From contig JAVEDP010000007.1 in the NCBI GenBank assembly GCA_030841085.1, positions 15,129 to 79,128 on the forward strand: 64,000 nt of DNA, read 5' to 3'. Of this stretch, positions 59,029 to 64,000 are shown in pieces (position 1 is the first letter of the stretch; each line of letters starts with the position of its first letter). The notes under the pieces were generated by a model. The model ran no database searches, was not told the origin of the DNA, and worked only from the letters and a program-made list of their open reading frames with translations. The stretch comes from Pyrinomonadaceae bacterium. Its GTDB lineage: Bacteria; Acidobacteriota; Blastocatellia; Pyrinomonadales; Pyrinomonadaceae. The translations under genes were made by a program, and so were the position numbers.

Positions 59029-60549
59029 CTACACATCGCCGACCGCGTTCATCGCGTCAAACCATGGTACTCCACTGCGCAATCTTTCAACAGAACGTTT
59101 TTGACCGAGAATGGCGAACACTTCAAACATCGAAGGTCCGACCGCCTGACCAGTCAACATCGTTCGCGAACCATTGATTAGCAGGCCTGCCTTCACGCCG
59201 CTCTCTTCAGCGAAACCACGAAGCGCCGCTTCAGCGGTGTCGTGATTGAACGGATCCAATTTCTCCAGGTGGTCAGCAAGTCCCGGCAACAGCTCTTTGA
59301 GTTTCGGTTCCTTCCGCAGATTTTTGTTGACCGCCGCTTCGTCGAAATCAAAGTCGTCGGAAAAATAAGCGCGACCCTGTGCCGAGAAATCCTTCAGCGT
59401 GTGAAAGCGTTGGCGAATAACCTGGACGGCGCTGACAAACCAGTCGTGGTCGTCTTCGTCATATTCTTCTCGCCACAGTTTGTTCGCGCGCAACTCCGCT
59501 TTGATCATTGGCAGCAAATCATCTACCGGCATAGTGCGGATGTATTCCGCGTTCATCCAAAGCGCTTTTTCATCCGTCCAGTGGCGCGGATCGTTCTCCT
59601 GAAAATTGAAAACCGCGGGCGAGCGGTGAATGTGTTCGAGCGAAAACTCCGCAATCAATTCGTCAACAGATAAGACTTCTTTGCCTTCCGCGGGCGACCA
59701 TCCCAACAGCGCCAGGAAATTGCGAAAGGCCGCAGGCACAAAACCACGATCGCGATAAGTGGTTAACGAAACTACTTCGCCGTGTTTGCGTTTGGAAAGC
59801 TTTCCTTTGTTCGGCGCCAGGATCAGCGGCAAGTGCGCAAAGTGAGGCAGGCGCGCGCCCAGCGCCTGATACAGCAGAATCTGCTTGTGCGTATTGGTCA
59901 GATGATCCTGGCCGCGGATGACGTGTGTGATGCCCATCTCGATATCGTCGATTACAACCGAGAGGTTATAAAGCGGGTGGCCATCGGAACGCAGCAGGAC
60001 CAGGTCTTCAATTTCGGAGTACTCGCGTTCTTGTGGTCCATAAACCATATCGTCAAAGTGCGTCTTGCCATCGCTCGCAATTTTCAAACGTACGGCAAAT
60101 GGTTCGCCGGCCGCAGCGCGCTTGTCTGACTCTTCGCCGGCCAAATCGCGGAACGGATTGCTGCGATGGTCCACGCCTTCGGCTGCGTGCGCGCGTGCGC
60201 GATCGGCGATGCCTTGTTTGACGGTCGCATCGTTGCGTTCGGCTTTCGGTGTGAAGTCGCGATAGGCCTTTCCTTCTGCGACCAGTTTGTTAGCGGCAGC
60301 TCGATGCTTGTCGGCATTCGCGGATTGAAAAACTAATTCTTCGTCGTAAGACAATCCCAACCATTCAAGACCGTCGATAATTGAGCGCGTGGATTCGTCC
60401 GTCGAGCGCTGCAGATCCGTGTCTTCAATTCGCAGCAGAAATTTGCCGCCGGTTTTTTTCGCGTAAAGCCAGTTGAACAGCGCCGAGCGCGCCGCGCCGA
60501 TGTGCAGATAGCCGGTTGGAGATGGAGCGAAACGTACGCGAACGGACAT
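59029..60549 (-). CDS. gltX: Glutamate--tRNA ligase
   Basis: RVRFAPSPTGYLHIG, LRIEDTD, ITHVIRGQDH, KLSKR. Confidence 0.98.
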   Translation of the reverse strand: MSVRVRFAPSPTGYLHIGAARSALFNWLYAKKTGGKFLLRIEDTDLQRSTDESTRSIIDGLEWLGLSYDEELVFQSANADKHRAAANKLVAEGKAYRDFTPKAERNDATVKQGIADRARAHAAEGVDHRSNPFRDLAGEESDKRAAAGEPFAVRLKIASDGKTHFDDMVYGPQEREYSEIEDLVLLRSDGHPLYNLSVVIDDIEMGITHVIRGQDHLTNTHKQILLYQALGARLPHFAHLPLILAPNKGKLSKRKHGEVVSLTTYRDRGFVPAAFRNFLALLGWSPAEGKEVLSVDELIAEFSLEHIHRSPAVFNFQENDPRHWTDEKALWMNAEYIRTMPVDDLLPMIKAELRANKLWREEYDEDDHDWFVSAVQVIRQRFHTLKDFSAQGRAYFSDDFDFDEAAVNKNLRKEPKLKELLPGLADHLEKLDPFNHDTAEAALRGFAEESGVKAGLLINGSRTMLTGQAVGPSMFEVFAILGQKRSVERLRSGVPWFDAMNAVGDV

Positions 60550-60557
60550 AAGAATAA

Positions 60558-60677
60558 GAGGTCAGAGATCAGAAGTCAGAGGTCAGTAAAAGAGGTCAGA
60601 GGTCGGAAGTCAAAGGTCAGTTAAAAAGGAACTCGAACGCTTCTTACTGACCTCTGACCGCTGACTTCTGACCTCTG
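60558..60677. repeat. Inverted heptamer array pair (GAGGTCA / TGACCTC) between tRNA-Ser and gltX
   Basis: Read directly. Confidence 0.93.
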
Positions 60678-60683
60678 TAGTTC

Positions 60684-60774
60684 TGGCGGAGATGACAGGA
60701 TTCGAACCTGTGAAGGGCTTTTGACCCTTAACGGTTTAGCAAACCGCCGCCTTCAGCCACTCGGCCACATCTCC
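60684..60774 (-). tRNA. tRNA-Ser(GCT)
   Basis: GGAGATG acceptor stem, anticodon arm GCGGT-TTGCTAA-ACCGT, long variable arm, GGTTCGAATCC, encoded CCA. Confidence 0.97.
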
Positions 60775-60793
60775 GGCGAGCACGCGAAAAATT

Positions 60794-60821
60794 ATTCTAG
60801 TCGGCAGGTGAATATTGTCAA
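60794..60821 (-). promoter_or_regulatory. Sigma70-type promoter of tRNA-Ser
   Basis: TTGACA-16 nt-TAGAAT on the minus strand. Confidence 0.75.
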
Positions 60822-60842
60822 GGCAGGTGCGGTTTCGGGCAG

Positions 60843-61005
60843 TCATAGTTTGAATCCGACGTCCATGCGTTGCAGCGCCTCATCCACCTCATGAAGCAGT
60901 CGAGTTAATTCGGCAGGACGATGAAAGCCATTTGCCGCCGCCTGTAACTTCTCGCGCCGATCGATTAATTGATTGCGTAGCACGGGGCTCGATTGCGGTA
61001 ACCAT
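60843..61005 (-). pseudogene. Frameshifted, truncated gene remnant (DksA/TraR-like coiled-coil start)
   Basis: GGAAGGA SD + MVTAIEP; removing one C gives VLRNQLIDRREKL...LLHEVDEALQRMDVG, ending where a GxYGxC zinc finger would start. Confidence 0.6.
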
Positions 61006-61024
61006 TTCGTGAATCCTTCCTGGT

Positions 61025-61417
61025 TCAGGCGGTCGTGCTGGCGGGACGTGGAGCTCTTTGTAGTTGTACTGGAAGCCGGGGAGCGCAACAGATTTTCTGT
61101 AAGCGAGAACGATCGTTTTGCATGGCCGGATGGCCGGCCAACCAGGTTCTAACTTCGCGAAAAATTCTGGCAGCGTGCGGGTCGCGCGGTTCCGTAATGC
61201 GATAGTGAATCCATTTGCCGTCGCGTCGCGCTGAAACTACACCGGCTCGTTTCAAGTAAGCGAGATGCCGCGAAATCTTTGGTTGATTGATTTTCAAAAC
61301 TTCGACGAAGAAACATACGCATACCTCGTCTTCGCCGATGAGATTGATCAATCGCAGACGGGTGCGGTCTGCCAGTGCTTTGAAGAGAAAAGCGATGTTT
61401 TCTTCGTTGTTTGCCAT
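61025..61417 (-). CDS. arsR: ArsR/SmtB family transcriptional repressor
   Basis: FKALADRTRLR, EVCVC, QPKISRHLAYL, RDGKWIHY, C-terminal CC. Confidence 0.9.
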   Translation of the reverse strand: MANNEENIAFLFKALADRTRLRLINLIGEDEVCVCFFVEVLKINQPKISRHLAYLKRAGVVSARRDGKWIHYRITEPRDPHAARIFREVRTWLAGHPAMQNDRSRLQKICCAPRLPVQLQRAPRPASTTA

Positions 61418-61583
61418 GCGGGTTTAGACCTGTGTGCCTTGCAGTTAAGTATTACGATCTTGACCCTTCGGGAGTTCCTTTTTCACCCGAATTTCCGGGC
61501 AGTTTTTCAATTGAATTTACGCGGCAGTCCAGCAAAATTCTATCCGGATCATGCGTTCAAATCTAAACCACTGACCGATGGTT

Positions 61584-62090
61584 TCAATCGATACCCGCGA
61601 TATCGCTACGGCGCTCTAGCAATATCGTGTCACGCCAGACGCCTCTCATCTTGCCAATGCGTTCACGCCGGCCGACTTCGCGAAAGCCACACGATTTATG
61701 CAGCGCGAGACTTGCCGTATTCTCCGGAAACATGTTTGCCTGCAGGGTCCAAATGTCGTTCGCCTCCGAATCCGCGATCAGCTTTTGCAACAGCGCGCGT
61801 CCGACGCCTAAGCCACGCGAGCCAGCGGCGACGTAGATACTTACCTCGGCCTCGCCGGCGTAAACCGCGCGACTTGAAATCCGCCCGAGGGCCACCCAGC
61901 CAATTACTCGCTCTTCTGAAGCTGCTACCAACCTGGGGGCAGGGAAATGAGTTGCATCCCAAGCTTCCCAAGCCGGCGCCTCGGTCTCAAAAGTTGCATG
62001 ACCGGTGGCGATTCCTTCGAGATAAATGGCGCGCACCGCCGGCCAATCGCCCTCAACCAGCGCCCTAATTTGAATTTTTTCGCTAGGCAT
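61584..62090 (-). CDS. Phosphinothricin-acetyltransferase-like GNAT (ArsN1-like by context)
   Basis: IY.EGI.TG.ATFE, E.SIYV, RG.GVG..LL, N.ASLALH..GFREVG. Confidence 0.88.
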   Translation of the reverse strand: MPSEKIQIRALVEGDWPAVRAIYLEGIATGHATFETEAPAWEAWDATHFPAPRLVAASEERVIGWVALGRISSRAVYAGEAEVSIYVAAGSRGLGVGRALLQKLIADSEANDIWTLQANMFPENTASLALHKSCGFREVGRRERIGKMRGVWRDTILLERRSDIAGID

Positions 62091-62110
62091 AAAAAGAAAT
62101 CATATACGTC

Positions 62111-62166
62111 TTGACAGATATATCGGCGCGGAGTAATGTGCTCTCACATTCGCTTATACGAATATG
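62111..62166 (+). promoter_or_regulatory. Promoter with putative ArsR operator
   Basis: TTGACA-17 nt-TAATGT; inverted repeat CACATTCG-N6-CGAATATG at 62145-62166. Confidence 0.65.
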
Positions 62167-62185
62167 AAATATAGAGGAGGACGAA

Positions 62186-62638
62186 ATGGAAAGCAAGCAA
62201 ACGGTACAGGCATTGAAGGCGCACTTGGCATTGAACGTGCGAAATCTGGAGCGAAGTATTCAGTTTTACAAAAAGATGCTGGGCATTGAGCCGAGCAAGG
62301 TGCGGCCGGGCTATGCGAAATTCGACGTGCAAAACCCGCCGCTGAATCTGACCTTGAACGAGGCGGCGTTTGGCGAGCGGGGCGCGCTGTCGCACCTTGG
62401 CATTCAGGTGGGCTCGACAGATGACGTGCTGCAAAAGCGCCAGCAATGGACAGAAGCGGGACTGATCACCCGCGATGAAATGCAGACCGATTGCTGCTAT
62501 GCGACGCAGGATAAGACCTGGGTGCAGGATCCGGATGGCAACGAATGGGAAGCCTTCGTGGTCCTCAAGGACAATCTGGAATCCAGCAGTCTGTGCTGCG
62601 CGACGAGTCAGCCGCAAACTGTGAACATCGGGCGGTAG
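62186..62638 (+). CDS. ArsI/CadI family VOC metalloenzyme
   Basis: HLALNV, GYAKF...PPLNL.L, HLGIQV, TDCCYA.QDK.WV.DPDGNEWE. Confidence 0.9.
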   Translation: MESKQTVQALKAHLALNVRNLERSIQFYKKMLGIEPSKVRPGYAKFDVQNPPLNLTLNEAAFGERGALSHLGIQVGSTDDVLQKRQQWTEAGLITRDEMQTDCCYATQDKTWVQDPDGNEWEAFVVLKDNLESSSLCCATSQPQTVNIGR

Positions 62639-62694
62639 CAAGACTTTAGTCTGTGCTGTTGCCGCGAAGGCACAGACTAAAAAGTCTATGGCAC
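62635..62694. repeat. REP doublet (AGACTTTAGTCTGTG family); supplies the stop codon of the ArsI-like gene
   Basis: Degenerate inverted arms beginning GTAG. Confidence 0.82.
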
Positions 62695-62695
62695 T

Positions 62696-62730
62696 AAAAA
62701 AGCCTGGACGTTTCAATCGTCCAGGCTTTT
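62696..62730. terminator. Bidirectional intrinsic terminator
   Basis: AAAAAAGCCTGGACG-loop-CGTCCAGGCTTTT between convergent genes. Confidence 0.85.
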
Positions 62731-62753
62731 GCTCGAAGTGAAGTTCCGGCTGC

Positions 62754-63281
62754 TTATTTCGGGTTCTTGTTCTGAAGCTCTTGTCGCTCTTTCATGTGCT
62801 GTTCAAACTTCGCTTTGCGCTCCTGCTGCAACTGCTCAAGTTTGGTTTTCTGTTCCGCTGTCAAAATTCCTTCCATCTCAGCGCGGATGCCTTCCATACT
62901 CGCTCGCATCTCCTGACGCAAAGCCTTTGCGCGTGCTTCATCGTCGGCGGTGAAGGTGCCGGCAATTCGTTTCTCGCGCAGCGCGAACAATTCTTCCCGC
63001 TGCGACTTCGTGCCGGCCAAACGCCGCTGCATGATTGCGCGTGACTGCTGGCGCTGCTCGTCGGTGAGATTCAATTCGCGCAGGAGTTGGCCCGCGCCTC
63101 CCCGGTGTCCCATTCGTTCACGACGACCCCGGCGTTCACCGCGTGCGGCGAATCGCTCGGATCTGTTCTTGAGCCCAGAATCGGAGTCAGGCGACGGTGT
63201 CTGCGTTTGCTGGGCGACGACAACCGTGCCGAACGCGAGGATGATCCCTAAAATTGTGATTAAGCTCTTTCGTGAGTACAT
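62754..63281 (-). CDS. Spy/CpxP-like periplasmic protein
   Basis: Signal peptide; two LTxxQ motifs (LNLTDEQ, ILTAEQ); AAGGAG SD. Confidence 0.85.
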   Translation of the reverse strand: MYSRKSLITILGIILAFGTVVVAQQTQTPSPDSDSGLKNRSERFAARGERRGRRERMGHRGGAGQLLRELNLTDEQRQQSRAIMQRRLAGTKSQREELFALREKRIAGTFTADDEARAKALRQEMRASMEGIRAEMEGILTAEQKTKLEQLQQERKAKFEQHMKERQELQNKNPK

Positions 63282-63508
63282 TTCTGTAAAACTCCTTCGC
63301 TAATAATCTATGGCTTTATCCTTTTCCTTAGACGGCGCAGCCCGGAAGTTGGTCTGGAAAGATAGCGATTGACTTTTCAAAGCAATGCAGAGTACTTTAC
63401 AACGCAAAGACACGAGCCAGGGCTGACTTCGGTTTTGTCTCCAGTCGTCAAATCGTAAAAGTTTGTGAGTAGTAAAAAACTGAAGCGTCACGCTACAATA
63501 CCGCGCCA

Positions 63509-64000
63509 ATGGATCTTCTCGAAAAAATAGACTCACCGGCGGATTTGCGCCGCCTGCCGGTTGAGCAATTGCAATCGGTCGCAGACGAAATTCGGCAGTA
63601 CATACTCGAGACAATGTCGCGAGTAGGTGGCCATACCGGGGCTTCACTCGGCGCCATAGAGCTCGCTGTGGCCCTGCATTACGCGTTCGATACGCCGAAG
63701 GACCGCTTGGTTTGGGACGTAGGCCACCAGGCCTATGCGCACAAAATTCTTACGGGGCGTCGCGCAGAATTGCCCACCATCAAACAATATGGCGGCATCA
63801 GTGGTTTCCTGCGGCGTGACGAATCGGAGTACGACACGTTTGGCGCCGGCCACGCTTCCACTTCGCTTTCGGCCGCGCTTGGCATGGCTATCGCTCGCGA
63901 TAAGAAAGGCGAGGATCATCACGTGGTGGCATTGATTGGTGATGCCTCGCTCGCCGGCGGCATGGCGATGGAGGCTATCAATCAGGCCGGGCATTTAAAG
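63509..64000 (+). CDS. dxs: 1-deoxy-D-xylulose-5-phosphate synthase, partial
   Basis: My translation: [16 protein letters not shown]...[32 protein letters not shown]...GAGHASTS. Confidence 0.97.
   Translation, partial: MDLLEKIDSPADLRRLPVEQLQSVADEIRQYILETMSRVGGHTGASLGAIELAVALHYAFDTPKDRLVWDVGHQAYAHKILTGRRAELPTIKQYGGISGFLRRDESEYDTFGAGHASTSLSAALGMAIARDKKGEDHHVVALIGDASLAGGMAMEAINQAGHLK

Noticed and set aside
60684..62700. tRNA-integrated island carrying the ars genes
   Set aside because: The cluster lies on the tRNA 5' side, with no integrase and no duplicated tRNA 3' end.

Overview
Core-chromosome window of a moderately GC-rich bacterium; gene content and repeat style suggest Acidobacteriota (Blastocatellia/Pyrinomonadaceae-like; inference). 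It carries housekeeping genes (alaS, recX, truB, prmC, murA, pckG, recR/ybaB, gltX, tRNA-Ser(GCT), partial dxs), a crcB-DUF190-ppa cluster, a full alternative complex III (actABCDEF plus a G-like gene)-SCO-caa3 oxidase operon, two small toxin-antitoxin modules, a GH18-deacetylase-GT2 fusion, a cysteine-rich secreted protein with a truncated paralogue, and an arsR/GNAT/arsI cluster. I see no transposase, integrase, prophage or CRISPR array. The most unusual signal is non-genic: (1) about 14 intergenic arrays of 7-nt tandem repeats, mostly inverted pairs with many different unit sequences, also translated inside ActB, ActE and SCO; (2) 9-nt-unit inverted elements and at least 8 REP/MITE-like families; (3) a standalone ~230-nt transcription unit with 16 nt of complementarity to the 16S rRNA 3' tail and an 11-aa ORF, bracketed by two copies of one MITE; (4) a compositionally atypical patch inside alaS. 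All product calls come from reading motifs; no searches were run, and several start codons are best guesses.
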